A stretch of 64,000 bases of DNA from Phoronis australis (GCA_002633005.1 NMRA01000356.1:127693-191692), one strand, 5' to 3'; counted from the first letter of the stretch, positions 23,901-38,491 are shown. Notes: generated by a model not told the origin, from the sequence alone. Numbers and translations: made by a program.

Positions 23901-26785
23901 TAATAATTACTTGTTGACATACTAGTGCCCTCTATCTCATCTCTGCATTATATCCAGATTGTCAGCAACTCCCTCGCATGCATCAACTACTAAGACTCAG
24001 CTCAGAAGAGTAAGAGTCACTTTTGTACAGGTTAATTGTCTGCCAATAAAACTAGAATTTGAACACAGATCCCCAAATTGAGGATTCAGAGCTCAAGTCG
24101 CTAACCTAAGTGGAGTACTCCATTTCTTCATGGCTTTTGTAATATTGGTAATAATTATGATGTAGGCACTTGTAGAACACTTTTGACGTAGCACTTCACG
24201 AAATGGTTTCCCATGCCAAGGATCAGTTCGTACTACAGCAATGTCAACTCCTGGAGAGCATACAAGACTTACAGAGATCAAATTTGCCCTTCAAGGTCTA
24301 GAGCTCTGTGATAAGATTTATCTTAAGTGTTGACTCATTTATGTTAATTGTACATTGAGAAAACATCACAAAATTTTCAAAACCTGAATGTCCAGTTTAC
24401 TTTCCAGTCGATGGGCATTTAGTTTCCAGCCTGTAACAAACATTAACTACGTCATACAAGCCCTTCAGTTCAAAGAAGACAGACTTCTACGAAAGCTTGG
24501 AGCAAGACTACTAAATAAGGTAGACATGTATATAGTATTTTGGATTTCAATGTTGTTGTTGATCAACCGTTAATGTCTTGTTTTCAGAATTTAAATGAAA
24601 TTCTTTAACACCATGCTTAACTGTTCCACAGTATATGTTTTGTGGTGAGCAGGAATGTTATTTTTGATGATTTGTCTTTGTTTTTACAGGTGTCTAGTGG
24701 TACAGTGCCTTTTGATGCGTGGAACGATTGTCTCAGTCATACCAATGCATTGGCGTGGTGCTACATTAAAAAAGGTTAACAATTTGTTAAAGTTCAAGTT
24801 TTCTGTGGTAGATGATACGTATTTGTTTTTATTCAGGCCAAGACAATTATGCCTGTTCAAAACAAATATATTAGTATTTCTAAGTCTACAACATATTTGC
24901 ATTCAAACACACATATCCATTCCATGTATACAAAAAAGATTAGAAATTATTTCAAAATGTGTATCACAAAAATCTTGCCATGCCTACATTTGAGAGGCGC
25001 TACCGATAATCTAGAGATAATTGTACGACTGTTCAGCTATGTCATCATTTTTCTTGTGATCAGCGTCTCAAGCTTTATGTGACTTGAACATAACACAAAA
25101 TATTCATTCAAATCTATGTGACGTCACGTCTAGCTAGAATTACCAAGCAGGCCTTATGTGTTTTTTCAGTAACTCTGATTCAGTTTCAAGAAGCTGTGGA
25201 GAGGTGTCCATACGATGAAGACAAGAGGGTTCTGGATGTCTTCTGCAGGCTGTATGCGGTTAATTTGTTGTACAGTGACAGAGCTTGGTTCTTAGAACAT
25301 AATTATATTTCCAGTGTCATGACTTCAGAACTGAGAGAGGAGGTAGGTTATTTGAATTCTGTAGGGATTTAGATAATATATATACCGTATTCGCCCTAAT
25401 AAGTGCCCCGACGTGTTTTCAGACTTCGCTAAAATAAGTGCCCAGTCTATGAATGTGTACATGCAAAAATGCCTTACCTACAGTTCTAAAATTCTGCAGT
25501 AATGTCTTCAGTTTATCAATAAGATCTGACAATCCTGATGAAAGTCATTGAGCACAGAGTTTGTAGACCGTGATCCTCGCCACTATGTCAGTATTTAGCC
25601 GTGGCTATACACTTCAAACATCCTCGCCGCTATGTCAGTATTTAGCCGTGGCTATACACTTCAAACATCCTCGCCGCTATGTCAGTATTTAGCCGTGGCT
25701 ATACACTTCAAACATCCTCGCCACTATGTCGGTATTTAGCCGTGGCTATACACTTCAAACTTCCGCTGTGCAAAAGTTTTGCTGATCTTGCAAGGAAATA
25801 TTCCATTATGGCCTGGCCTTTCAGAATAGACATTAGTCTTCTCGTACTATCTATTCATGAAACGGGTCGCATAGCATCGGCAAGAAATAAAATATTGGCA
25901 GTAATTTCCGAAAGTTTCTAGTACCGAAAAAAATGGTCACGTTATTTTTAGGAGGAATTATTTAATTGATCATAATTGGTGTTTTTAAAGTCAAAATAAC
26001 TCATTGATACTGAACACTTCCGCACCCTTACACCCCCCCGAGTCTCCCGGAAAATAGCTGTTAGACTGTCACGCTTCCAGTGAACTCGTATTTTTGGACA
26101 TTTAATTTGTAAACATTTTTGTGACGCGGTACTTCACGATAACTGTTGTCACATGTGACTTCATCAGAATGTTCTTCAAAATATGCCATCAATGTCCTAA
26201 TATTTAAAGACAGAAAACACCCATCTTCTAGACAACGAAGCTAAGTCTCCATTATTATATTATAAAGTTTAATGTGATTTCAGGCAAAAAAATATTAGTG
26301 CTTAACTACTTAACTGTGGTCTTTTAATTCACCTGATACAATGACTTAGTTGGTTCAGGAACAGGCTGGTTGCCTGCCATGACAGTTGGTGAAGTTAATG
26401 CTACCTACCTTTGGCTATTATGTGCCTTTTAATATAAAGGCTAACAAGAAAAGAATGCAGGTGGCCTGATGCCTTTTGTGGTACATCAGGCATGTTTAGG
26501 CCACAAGACTGGGCCCATTACACTTAAGCCTAACAGCTTTCTCCTGTACTGGATGTTATAATTCATCATTTATTCTGATATTTGAATTTTACAATTTGCT
26601 CACGCTATGCATTGTTTTTATTTCAGTTCTACAAGTTATGTAAGGAAGCACGCCAGTGTGCTGGACAAGTTGTTCAAGCATTCCGTCACCCAGATGTCTG
26701 TGTACACGCACCCATCGCAGGCATTCCAAACAACCGAAGCCCCTGGGCCTATTACCCTAACCCTCTCACCAAAGCAAAGCTCTGA
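11951..26785 (+). CDS. ACOXL: Acyl-CoA oxidase-like protein (peroxisomal), 16 coding exons
   Basis: Exons in consistent phase: 11951-12054, 14613-14793, 15637-15723, 18034-18132, 18612-18726, 19018-19101 (or duplicate 19435-19518), 19859-19931, 20407-20574, 20870-20989, 21504-21657, 23437-23526, 23778-23887, 24408-24519, 24690-24774, 25170-25342, 26627-26785. ACOX motifs: [72 protein letters not shown], catalytic TFEGDN. The C-terminus [26 protein letters not shown] resembles vertebrate ACOXL as I recall it and ends in PTS1 AKL. Exon 1 is the least certain. Confidence 0.93.
16037..17464 (+). mobile_element. Helentron-associated non-autonomous element (DINE-1/HINE-like), copy with central gap
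   Basis: Both ends are nearly identical to the full copy at 49574-51546: 5' subTIR/hairpin, (GTCC)n, 3' TGTGGGCGCAT plus CAACGC-TCC-GCGTTG stem-loop. Interior is N (16439-17272). Confidence 0.85.
18307..18430. repeat. Short inverted repeat, likely MITE remnant
   Basis: ttaccctagaacaagttactcc at about 18307 pairs with ggagtaacttgttctagggtaa ending at about 18430. Confidence 0.6.
18891..19723. repeat. 416-bp near-identical tandem duplication around a single N, containing ACOXL exon 6 twice
   Basis: 18891-19306 vs 19308-19723; N at 19307; only two substitutions seen. Confidence 0.9.
22079..23375 (+). mobile_element. Older, diverged copy of the HINE-like element
   Basis: atgtgggcgcattatgcc..ccgtccgtcc start, several ..ccc/cctagtggc subunits, and 3' end catttcaatgctccacgttgctcttgt. 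Confidence 0.75.
25384..25800. repeat. 47-bp x4 minisatellite (25573-25760), possibly inside a Tc1/mariner-like remnant starting TA-CCGTATTCG
   Basis: Unit atcctcgccRctatgtcagtatttagccgtggctatacacttcaaac, four copies. An upstream taccgtattcgccctaataagtgccc terminus is seen, but no partner TIR was found. Confidence 0.7.
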
Positions 26786-28890
26786 TGGTGGTAATCCCCT
26801 GGTGCAGAGACGCTTTCAGGGACTATATCGACTGCATCATTTAAATATCAGTTTTTTACTTGCATGTTCATTGAACTTTTGTCATGTTCTCGTGCATTTC
26901 TGAAAAACTGTGTCATATGCAGAAGATTAGTTAGTGAAACAATTTATGCACAGAAGTTATCATCTCGCATATAGAAATATTTATCAAAAACTCCAAATTG
27001 TTTGGAAGTTGCAGAATCATGTTTAACTTAAAATTAGTTAAACAATAGAAATTATCTAAAGTGATTCAGCTATAGGTGCTCTTTCTGCCTCTCATGTAGT
27101 AAAAGATAGAATAAGTGTGAATGAAAGTGAAGATGAAGAATTTATGTGTATAAGCTGTGGATTGTAACGTAGCAGCAATAAGACACATTGGCTTTGGACT
27201 ATTGTGACGTTATAATGATAATGTGTACTGAAAATGTGCTGAGTATTACCTGTGAATTTCTATGTTGTGCTGTAATGATTGCAAGTTTGTATCTTGAAGT
27301 GGTGGAACTCAACTTACTGTGGAGGTTTGTGCAGACTAGACTCGGCTCAAACTGTAGGTTGAGGTTTGTGAAGTCCAGCTACGATCCAAACTGTATTTTG
27401 AGGTTTAATTGAATTCAAGATATAATATGTAGTACTGAAGCAGTTAAGTTTTTAAACGTCAAGTAGCTCCAAGTACGCTTTACTTTTAACCAGCTTAATG
27501 ACTGCTTTGACTGATGCCAAGGCTGAATTGACGGGAAAATGATGTGTTAGTAGTTGAATACCAGGAGGATCTGTGCAATACTTAGCTTATTATTCCTTCA
27601 ATCTTGACTCTGCTTGTGTCTGCACTTGTTATTTGGGTGCAAATTCTTCTACTAGAAGGAGTGGGTGTCAGATTCATGGAGTCAGTTGTTGTCTAGATTA
27701 TCTTGTGGCTGTTCATATGGGTCTTGGGGCAACTTGTTGTGTGAACGCATCTTGATCGTGTGAATGCAACTTGATGTTGTAACAAACCGTTAAATTTGCC
27801 CTAGCTGTTGTAGGTGAAGTTGCAGTGAAGACCAGATGTTTATATATATATCTGAATATCACTCATTCTGTGAATCCTGTGACATGGTCAACTTTGACAT
27901 TTTTGTAACACCACATTATGTTATGTGGTGTTTTCTCTCTTGCTTAGGTTGTTTTAACGCATATGGGCTGATAATTTACATTGCTGTCTTACATCATTAC
28001 TTGTTTTACTGATCAGGAACATTTTTGTTGTTTTGTGAGGCATCATATCCTAATTTATCCTGGAGGTGAACAATTGTGTGCAATGCGTGTTTTAGAAAAA
28101 GGTTATTTATCGTTGGAATGATAATTATCATTGAGGGTTGTTGAATTTCTAATATTTCGAATGTTCATTACCCTTAACTAAGTGTTGTTGATTATGTAAT
28201 ATTCAGAATTGTTCATAATCATTATCTTAGTTTTATTGCAGATAACACTGTGTTTGCTTAGTTTGGTTTAAGGTGATTATAGCAGGAAAATTATAATTAT
28301 AATGATTGCGCTATTTTTGAGTATGAACTACTGACTGATAAGACTGTTTCAGAAATAAGACTAACAAGAATGTGATACTTGTGAAGTGAAAGTTCTTCAC
28401 TTTTCACAGCTTGAAGCGTTTGGGTTGTGGAATTATTCCTTACTAATTTTTTCATTTGTTAGTGAAGAGGTAATTCCATTTTTGTGGAAAAGTAATGAGA
28501 TTGCTTATCAAAACTCTTACAGGATCCTTCAACAATGCTTTCAGTCCAAAAAGGTCCTGGTTGCTAATACATATCTTTAGAAGTATTTAAGGCCTCATTT
28601 TCTGATATAAAATCCATTTCAGTTGTTTTTTTGATGGGAAAAATTTCTTTTAATTGTACTCCAATAGCATGCCAGCATAGTTGCAAGCAAGGTTATCAGA
28701 GGCATTTCTTCTAACTTTATATTGATTTTCTCTTTACGGATGGAATGAAATCATTGTTATTAAGACTTCCATCTTTTCAGAGTTTTTTGTTGTATGATGC
28801 TACCTCTGTACTTCTCCTCCTGAAAATTTCATTAAAGGGCTGTTGTTTGAAGTATGAATAGAACTTATTGAAATTGGTATATTTTTATTG

Positions 28891-31800
28891 TATTTTTAGC
28901 TGTGGGCTTTAATTTTGAAATGTTCTGTTTATTTGAACACGTGTGATCATTGCTCCACGTTTGGTCATATTAATTCATATTTTGTTTATTCAATAGTGGA
29001 AATGACTTCGGTGTTTATTAAAATTATGAATTTCGAGTTATTTTAGACATTTCAATATTAATTAGTACTCGCTGTCCATTATCATATATTCAAGGAACAT
29101 TCCAGAAATGATGGAGATGGCTTATACTAGTTCTGATTTCTTGTTTCTATTTTCTTTTCCTTTTTACAAGTCTGACTGACTGAAGATGTAACACAGTCTG
29201 AATTACATAATTATATGCAAATTACATCACTTTGAGAATTATGCATTTATTACACAGTGAAGGGGGTTAGTAATTATCACTAAGACGTCAATAACATAAC
29301 AGGCAAAATATAGAAAAATTTTTTTGTAAAAATACTGCTAAAAACACTGTCCTATCCGTTAAAGCCACAAACAGTATGCCTGTGACTTGAGTTGCGAGCT
29401 TGCTCTTCACCAATTCAGAATCGGATGAATGTTTTTAAACCCCAAAGCACTTTCAAGAATTCAGCATTGACAGCTAAACATTGGCATATTGCCCCTTTAA
29501 AAATTTGCAGAAATTTCATTGATAATTTTTAAAATATACGTCAAATAAACTTGGTGTTTGTAAGTCGTATCGTGCATTTGTGCTTTTGCTCATGAAACGC
29601 AGTATGTGAAGTAGTGTTGAAATACTCACAAATGTACTGCTGGTGTATCTTTCAGGTGGGCTGTAGTTGACGTCATTCTGAGCTATTTGTAGACGAGATT
29701 TTATTAAAACGAGTTATTATTGCTTGATGTTGTCGTTATTTAGCACACAATATGGCCACCAAGTTAAATTCTATTTTTAATTTTTTATTCTCCCCAAGAG
29801 TGAAGTATGAGAACATTTTAGTCTGCTTCAAACATGGATTGCAATGTGTAGATGTCATAAAACAATATTTGCTGTAACTCTCATTGTGTGCAAACAGGTA
29901 ATCAGCCTTTGAAAAGTGGAAAAGTGACCATTAGACAATTATTATTTTTTGCGCAATAAATAGAGAACTAGAGTACTTCATAAACATGATTAGTTTCTTG
30001 GTATAAGAGAGACATCATGTCCAACTCCAAATTAGGTCATGCGTATTGCTAGTATGAACTTGTCAATGTTTGGGAATGCTCCAAGATGTGATAACGACCA
30101 CTATCCTAGTGTGAGTAACAGTCTCACAGTTTCGACTGCATCATACAAGCATCGGACTTGTAATCACTTATCTATGTAACGATACGGTACGTGTTGTAAG
30201 TTTCTAAAGACTAGTGTGTTCTGTTTTTACTCAAAAGTGTAGCTAGTATATAAATGACTGTTTACATTGTGTTGTCATTGGTTCATGTATTGCTTCTTTC
30301 ATTTTGAGTATCGTAAATTTCCTGATTCCAGTAAGTTGTTAAACAAACGTTCATTAATGTGGATACTTACTTCTTCTTTCACACACTCTGTGCTTGCTGA
30401 GTAGCGCAATCAACACATTATTTGGTTTGAATTAATTTATTTTTGTATTTTTTCTGAGAATTTTCGTGTTCTCACATTGTTATAGTGCAGGACACTGAAT
30501 GGTTTATGTTTTTTTGCTGAACATAGTCTTGTGCACTTTCTTTTGCAGGCATCCTTGATGTTTAAATCAAGGTTCGCCATCTTCCTTAATGAATCCATTT
30601 GTGTTTGGGTCACGACCTCAAAAGGAAGCCTTGAATGTCTTTGCATTGCCTGGTTAGTGCCTGAGTTATTATCTACTGTGCACAACAATGTTTCATTTCC
30701 TGTCACTATATTTACAATGTAATTGTTTTCAGAGGACATTGTAGGATAAACATGTTGTTACTTAGTTGTGGATGGAAATGGGTCATCCAATTTTACTTGT
30801 AGCTCCTTTTCTTTGTTTTATGTTACTTTTTATACATCACATGTTTCCTACTAGTTGATCTATCTGACATAGGCTGTTGGTCTAATCGTTTGATTGGAAA
30901 TCAAACCCGAAATCATTTTGGTAATTTCTATTCTATGCTCGAGTACATAAGGACTTAAATGGATAACTATCTAATCCTAGTTTGCACACCCCANACTACC
31001 GGTATGCCTCTAGTGGCAATTTTAGTATTTGCCTCTAGTGGCAATTTTAGTATTTTACATTGACCTCTGTATTTTCATAGGTCTTCAGGTGTATATTTTG
31101 TGTTACTTCGTGACTGTGAAGGAAAAGTTCCAAGTGGAAATTTGTTTCTGGCATTCTAATGCTGTGCTAATCTCGTATGTTGGTAAATCTGTTTTTAATT
31201 CTATGTTTCTGTGGTGCTTTAAGCAACTGGTGTGTAGGATGTGCTTGTATTATGAAGATTACCCACATTTTGCCCCTAGCCTATTGAGGAGACAATGACC
31301 ATGCCTTTCCATTTTGCAAAGTATGCCCTCTACTGGCCACTTTATGGTACCAATAAACAACCCTAGAAGAATACCGTATGCGGTGCACTTGTGGGCGCAT
31401 TTCAACGCTCCGTGTTGCTCTTGTATTTTTAGCTTTGGGCTTTAATTTTGAAATGTTCTGTTTATTTGAACACGTGTGATCATTGCTCCACGTTTGGTCA
31501 TATTAATCCATATTTTGTTTATTCAATAGTGGAAATGACTTTGGTGTTTATTAAAATTATGAATTTCCAGTTATTTTAGACATTTCAATATTAATTAGTA
31601 CTCGCTGTCCATAATCATATATTCAAGGAACATTCCAGGAATGATGGAGGTGGCTTATACTAGTTCTGATTTCTTGTTTCTATTTTCTTTTCCTTTTTAC
31701 AAGTCTGACTGACTGAAGATGTTACACAGTCTGAATTACATAATTATATGCAAATTACATCACTTTGAGAATTATGCATTTATTACACAGTGAAGGGGGT

Positions 31801-33524
31801 TAGTAATTATCACTAAGACGTCAATAACATAACAGGCAAAATATAGATATATTTTTTTGTAAAAATACTGCTAAAAACAGTGTCCTATCCGTTAAAGCCA
31901 CAAACAGTATGCTTGTGACTTGAGTTGCGAGCTTGCTCTTCAACAATTCAGAATCGGATGAATGTTTTTAAACCCCAAAGCACTTTCAAGAATTCAGCAT
32001 TGACAGCTAAACATTGGCATATTTCCCCTTTAAAAATTTGCAGAAATTTCATTGATAATTTTTAAAATATACGTCAAATAAACTTCGTATTTGTAAGTTG
32101 TATCGTGTATTTCTGCTTTTGCTCATGAAACGCAGTATGTGAAGTAGTGTTGAAATACTCACAAATGTACTGCTGGTGTATCTTTCAGGTGGGCTGTAGT
32201 TGACGTCATTCTGAGCTATTTGTAGACGAGATTTTTTTAAAACGAGTTATTATTGCTTGATGTTGTCGTTATTTAGCACACAATATGGCCACCAAGTTAA
32301 ATTCTATTTTTAATTTTTATTCTCCCCAAGAGTGAAGTATGAGAACATTTTAGTCTGCTTCAAACATGGATTGCAATGTGTAGATGTCATAAAACAATAT
32401 TTGCTGTAAATCTCATTGTGTGCAAACATGTAATCAGCCTTTGAAAAGTGGAAAAGTGACCATTAGACAATTATTATTTTTTGCGAAATAAATAGAGAAC
32501 TAGAGTACTTCATAAACATGATTAGTTTCTTGGTATAAGAGAGACATCATGTCCAACTCCAAATTAGGTCATGCGTATTGCTAGTATGAACTTGTCAACG
32601 TTTGGGAATGCTCCAAGATGCGATAACGACCACTATCCCAGTGTGAGTAACAGTCTCACAGTTTCGACTGCATCATACAAGCATCGGACTTGTAATCACT
32701 TATCTATGTAACTATACGGTACGTGTTGTAAGTTTCTAAAGACTGTAGTGTGTTCTGTTTTTACTCAAAAGTGTAGCTAGTATATAAATGACTGTTTACA
32801 TTGTGTTGTCATTGGTTCATGTATTGCTTCTTTCATTTTGAGTATCGTAAATTTCCTGATTCCAGTAAGTTGTTAAACAAATGTTCATTAATGTGGATAC
32901 TTCTTCTTTCACACATTCTGTGCTTGCTGAGTAGCGCAATCAACACATTATTTGGTTTGAATTAATTTATTTTTGTATTTTTTCTGAGAATTTTCGTGTT
33001 CTCACATTGTTATAGTGCAGGACACTGAATGGTTTATGTTTTTTTTGCTGAACATAGTCTTGTGCACTTTCTTTTGCAGGCATCCTTGATGTTTAAGTCA
33101 AGGTTCGCCATCTTCCTTAATGAATCCATTTGTGTTTGGGTCACGACCTCAAAAGGAAGCCTTGAATGTCTTTGCATTGCCTGGTTAGTGCCTGAGTTAT
33201 TATCTACTGTGCACAACAATGTTTCATTTCCTGTCACTATATTTACAATGTAATTGTTTTCAGAGGACATTGTAGGATAAACATGTTGTTACTTAGTTGT
33301 GGATGGAAATGGGTCATCCAATTTTACTTGTAGCTCCTTTTCTTTGTTTTATGTTACTTTTTATACATCACATGTTTCCTACTAGTTGATCTATCTGACA
33401 TAGGCTGTTGGTCTAATCGTTTGATTGGAAATCAAACCCGAAATCATTTTGGTAATTTCTATTCTATGCTCGAGTACATAAGGACTTAAATGGATAACTA
33501 TCTAATCCTAGTTTGCACACCCCA
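28891..33524. repeat. About 2.1-kb near-identical duplication (28891-30993 vs 31424-33524) separated by an N and the 3' end of a HINE element
   Basis: Line-by-line identity with scattered SNPs and small indels; N at 30994. Confidence 0.9.
30995..31424 (+). mobile_element. 3' terminal fragment of the young HINE-like element
   Basis: Matches about 51118-51546, including the internal gcctctagtggcaattttagtattt duplication, the subTIR and the terminal stem-loop. Confidence 0.88.
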
Positions 33525-36004
33525 AGTTTTTACTCAAGTGTAGCTCGAATCTAGGGGTGATCAGGTGCGGACAAGAAACTCATATGCATAAACCATAATG
33601 TAATCGAGCATAGTATATTACACACTTATCTTGAGCTCGTACAAAACTAGAATAGAAAATGCCAAAAATAATTTAGATGTAAATTCCAAGTAAAAAGATC
33701 AGATCCCGGCTCCAAATTGTCAAGCAATAACACGAGAGGTAAGTCGCAGGAATGCTCCAAACTTCTAATGAATAGGGAAATTTTCAAATTTATGTGTTGT
33801 AGTCTGATAGACTGATCTGATCTACTGTCTTCATTAGAGCCCTCTATAAACAATACAATCACATTAAATGAAAACAGGAGTTCCAAAACAAATTGAGTGT
33901 AGCTGAAAATATTTTGAAAGTTAAAATATCAGCCTCTTTGAATTAATCACATAGGTATTTCTATCTTTTAAAAGGTAATGTAGGACACAGTGCCAAAAAG
34001 GAACTGTTTACACCACTTTCATGGGTTGTCGCGTCTCGATGAATAAAACAAAAATCAGTACCCCCATTGATTGCTGTTGAAATCTTAACATATGACAAAT
34101 TCCAATATTCCTTGCTCATCTGTAAGATGGATAGATGGCAGCATTTGGTATGATGAATCCCAAATGCGACTTATGCTCTATTTTTACTCAACCAGGTTAC
34201 ATATTAGGTATAAGCCCATTTATTTCTACATGCTCCATGGGACACTGTGGTCATGTGTGCGATTTCAATTTGGGAGAGGGAAGATCTGAAAGAGTTTGAA
34301 ACCCAAGTGTACTTCATTATGTTGGTGCTAGTACTTCACAATCCTAGTGAACAAGTTTCTGGCATTTCGTCTGGTTTGAAATTGAAAATGAAATTGCAGT
34401 ATGCGAGCTCCTAATTCACAGACTTCCGCTTTATATTATTTTCAGTTCTAAATTATGAGACAAAAATACGTAATTTGAAACTGGATGGGAACGTTTATCA
34501 CTTAAAATCAAGTTTCTGCAAGTCTATACTTTATTCCTGTCGGTCACTACAAACCAAGATGGTTTTTCATAACTGAAATCTCATCAGTCTTTCTCCCTTC
34601 ATTGCCAATAAAAATGTTTTCCTTTTCAGGTCAGCTGAGAATCATGGGCTTACTGTAGATACAAGAACTACTAAGTATCTACGTCAAGTGTAAGCTCATT
34701 GTTTTGGTTGTTTGAAGGAAACTCAGTGCTTTTATGGTACATTTATTTGGACTAATAAATCTCCACTTGTCTTTAAGTCACATGTTGGCTTTAATTACTA
34801 ACTTGCAACAATAGCAGGTGAAGTTGGCCTAAAATTACATCTTCCTCATCTTATTTCTGCATTCACGCTCTTCAAAGTTTGAGCAAACACAATGTCCACC
34901 TCAGTGATGAGCAGGGTCTGTTTAAGATGTGAGAAATTTCGATACTTGGGCAGCCTTCATCACTTCACCATTGTTTTAAACAAAATTTATAAGGGCCTGG
35001 GGACATTATTTAATATTGAAACATGTGTCTTATTAGAACCCTGAACTTCCTCTGTTAATTGACGTCAAAGATTATTTTATTGGAAAATTATGATTTTGTA
35101 TTTCATTGTTTTCGCATTTGGCAGTAGCGCAAGACAGCAAATTTCACAATTATGTCATACTTAACAATAGACAAACTCAAGTGTAGGCATTAGGTGCGAC
35201 TTAATTCAAACCAAGGTTAACTTCGAAACTTCTTGTCTTACATAGTTCAACAACTCAACTTGTGGCTTTTCCGTACCTAAATTCTGCATTTTTCGTACAA
35301 GTGTCTGTAATGGAAAATTAAGTCAACATTTTTTTTTGTAGATTTGTAAGCAAAGACCAAAATATAAAATTGAAATTTTAAAAAATTATTGTTTTGAAGA
35401 TTTTGTGCTTGAACACCGAATAGATCTGCTTTTGCATCAGGACACCAAAACATAATTGTACGATTTAATCTCTTAGCTACTTGCGAAGAGTAAAATCAGA
35501 AGTGATGGACCAGGATTTAATTTCTGAACTCTAACTTTACTAGGACTCAGACTCAAAAATAAATTTAAAAAGAGTGAGACTCCGAACTCAAACATCATCC
35601 TGCAATATTCAAATACAAATTTGTAAGTTTATTTGAAGCCATGCAAAATGTCAATTTTCAAATCCTATTTTGAGTATTGAGATTAGACCTCTGGCTCTTG
35701 TTTGCATGCTCGGTGCACGTGCAAGCTTTACACTTCAGTCTGTTTCTGTCTGGCACACCCTGTAATCTGTTATCGTCATGTTCCACGTGTGATTGGCTGC
35801 CTGCCATGTGGAGGCTACTGGTTCTCTTATCACAATGTTAATCACTTATCTGATTACAACCAGAGCTTGGCGCATAAGTAGAAATTCACAAAACATGCTG
35901 GGAGGCACTTCAATTCCCACAATGTAGCCCGACTATTAAGATCGGTTTGCATTTATATTTAGTGTTCACAAGATTGAGCTTTGTTAGCAAATGTTGGGGA
36001 GACC

Positions 36005-38491
36005 ATGATGATAGTCTGTGGTATTGTGTGTTTGGCTTTGTTCTTTGCATTTGTAGATAGCGATGCTTTGACGAATGACGAGGATTCTTTGATTTGCTCT
36101 GCACAGTGTTACGCAAAGTGCCTCCACAATGCACAGGTAAGTTATTAGGTGTTACATTCATTTCTCAAGTATTACAGAACTTGTATCTTATGTTTTGAAT
36201 GTCGTTTGTGTTAACTATACTGCTTTGTTATTTTTATTCCCTTTTTCTTGTTACTGAAATGTTTGTGGTCCAAATGGTCATGCAGTGTTATGCAAGGTGT
36301 TGCTTATTTTTTGTTTGGAAAGTGTTGGATTTATGAAATATTTTATTGTTTAGGCCAAATAATTTATCATTTGGGCTATGTGATATTTTTTCGTGTTATA
36401 GACATATTTTGTAAAACATGCCAAATAAAATCCTCATACCGGAACTTCAATTTTAAAAGCTTTCATTGCACCCGGTGTTGGTTTAAAAAGATACTTAATC
36501 TAATATTTGTTAGAAAAACATCAAAAGAATAAATGAATGCTTGTCTTTCAGCTAAATCACTAAACAACTCAAACTATAAGATGAAAACAGACACCCAAAC
36601 TAAATCAGAGGTAATCGACCTCTTTTAAAATAGCTTGGTTTAATTTCAGGGTTTGCATTATATTACAAATTAATAATCATAACATAAAAAATTGTCGAGC
36701 TTAAAGGATAGATAATTTCAAAACTGTTAGCATCCCATAATATTAACACTAAACTGTTACAGTATTAATTGATTATGCAATGCTATGTCATTTTTGATTA
36801 TTTAGTAAAAAATCGCCTTATTTAGTGTAAGAATTTTCGACTAACGTGTTTCATAGTTTATGGCCACTGATCAGGGCAATGTGACACCTCTGGATTTATG
36901 AGATTTGTTGTTATTGTTTGTTGTATTTGTGCTCTTGTACAGCTGGCTGTTTATGTCTAAGAAAGCCTTGAATGAAACAGTCCTATTGAAGAAAAAGAGT
37001 TCACAGCTTGAGTTCTGAACTTAACAAACTTGTACTAGATGTTTTATTGTTTATAATTACAAATTATACATTAAATTGCCTTACTAATCTAATGTCTCAT
37101 TATACCATTTCCTATTTTGGTACATGAAGCTCTCGTGAAGTACATGGAGCATACAGTTTTAGGTATACCAATAAATACTAACCATTTGGTAAATTATCAA
37201 AAATGGCCGGAGTAATAGTAGTAAATCAGACGTCTACAGTTGTGGTCTATTTTTATTTGTGCTGGCAGAAGAAAGTTACTCAGTTTTACAATAACTGTAC
37301 TGGAAAGATTCTTCAGTTTAACACAAAAAATAATAGCATCAATTGAATTGGTGAAATGTTTTAATGATAGCTCAAAAGTGCCCCATGTGGTCCAATATCT
37401 AACTGTAGTGGACATTAAAGCAGTCTGTGTTGACCACGATTTGTCATGAACATTTCAGCAACATTGGCTGTTTTTCTCTTGCTGTTTGAATACTCCACTG
37501 CACAATGAATAACTTGATTGCATGATGATTGCAAAGTAATATAAAAATATGGAATCAAGCCACTGCTGTAAGGTTATGTAGGACCCTCCAAAATGTCCAA
37601 ATTTAGCAAACTTTGGAGCGTCATATCAAATAACAAATACATAGGCTAGTCAATTAGTTCCTACATAACAAATACTTAGACTAGTCCATGAGTTCTTACA
37701 TAACGTTTAATCCCCATCCTCCCTGCACTAAAGTTGGTGCTCAAAATTGTACCCAAATTCTCTTGCAACAATTTTTGAACAGACCATATTTCAGTATGTC
37801 ACTGCTTTATTGGAAACTGACTGCTGATATTGCTTGTTTTATTCACTGTAATTTTTAATTGACAACGATGAAAATTTTCAAAACCAAGTATTGATGTTTA
37901 GCAAATTTCCCCTGTAAACCATGGCAGCAGTTAAGTAACACTTTTGTAGAATTAGAATTTTTTTTGTTGAGAAATAAAATTCCACTTATCTGTTAGATTG
38001 TAATCTAAAATGAAATACCTTGGCTGTGCCTGGTTTTCAAACTTGTGTTTTGTATGACTCTGAGATGACTTAGCTGCAATTGTCTGTGTAGCACTTTAAT
38101 CTCTGAGATGCCTCTAAGCTTTTTCAATTGTGATGAGCTTTTAGTAGCACTACTAGGAAACTACTGCAAAAATGAGGTAGACATCTTGTGTAAAAAAGTT
38201 TCATGGTTGTTCCTGGAAGCACAAGATGAATATGAGAAACTTCCTTTTAAGTTCATGCCACAAAGTCTGTACTCACGTACACCCCTGACAATGTACTGTC
38301 ATAAACTTATGGTTTTTTACTAAGTTACTTTCTTTACTTTTTCATATATGTAGTAACTGCAAAAGTATATTTTATTTTTAAAGTGCAAGAATTGCTTTGT
38401 TCAGGAGAAGCAGCTTAATTTACTTGTGCTACTTGTGTAACCCCTGTATATTGTTTGTTTTCACTGTGTTTGTGTGTGTGTCTGTGTGTGT

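Noticed and set aside
30437-30739. 100-aa minus-strand ORF with CKRKCTRLC (second copy 33034-33270)
   Set aside because: The second copy is frameshifted in a T-run, there is no splice context and no recognisable domain; possibly decayed transposon sequence.
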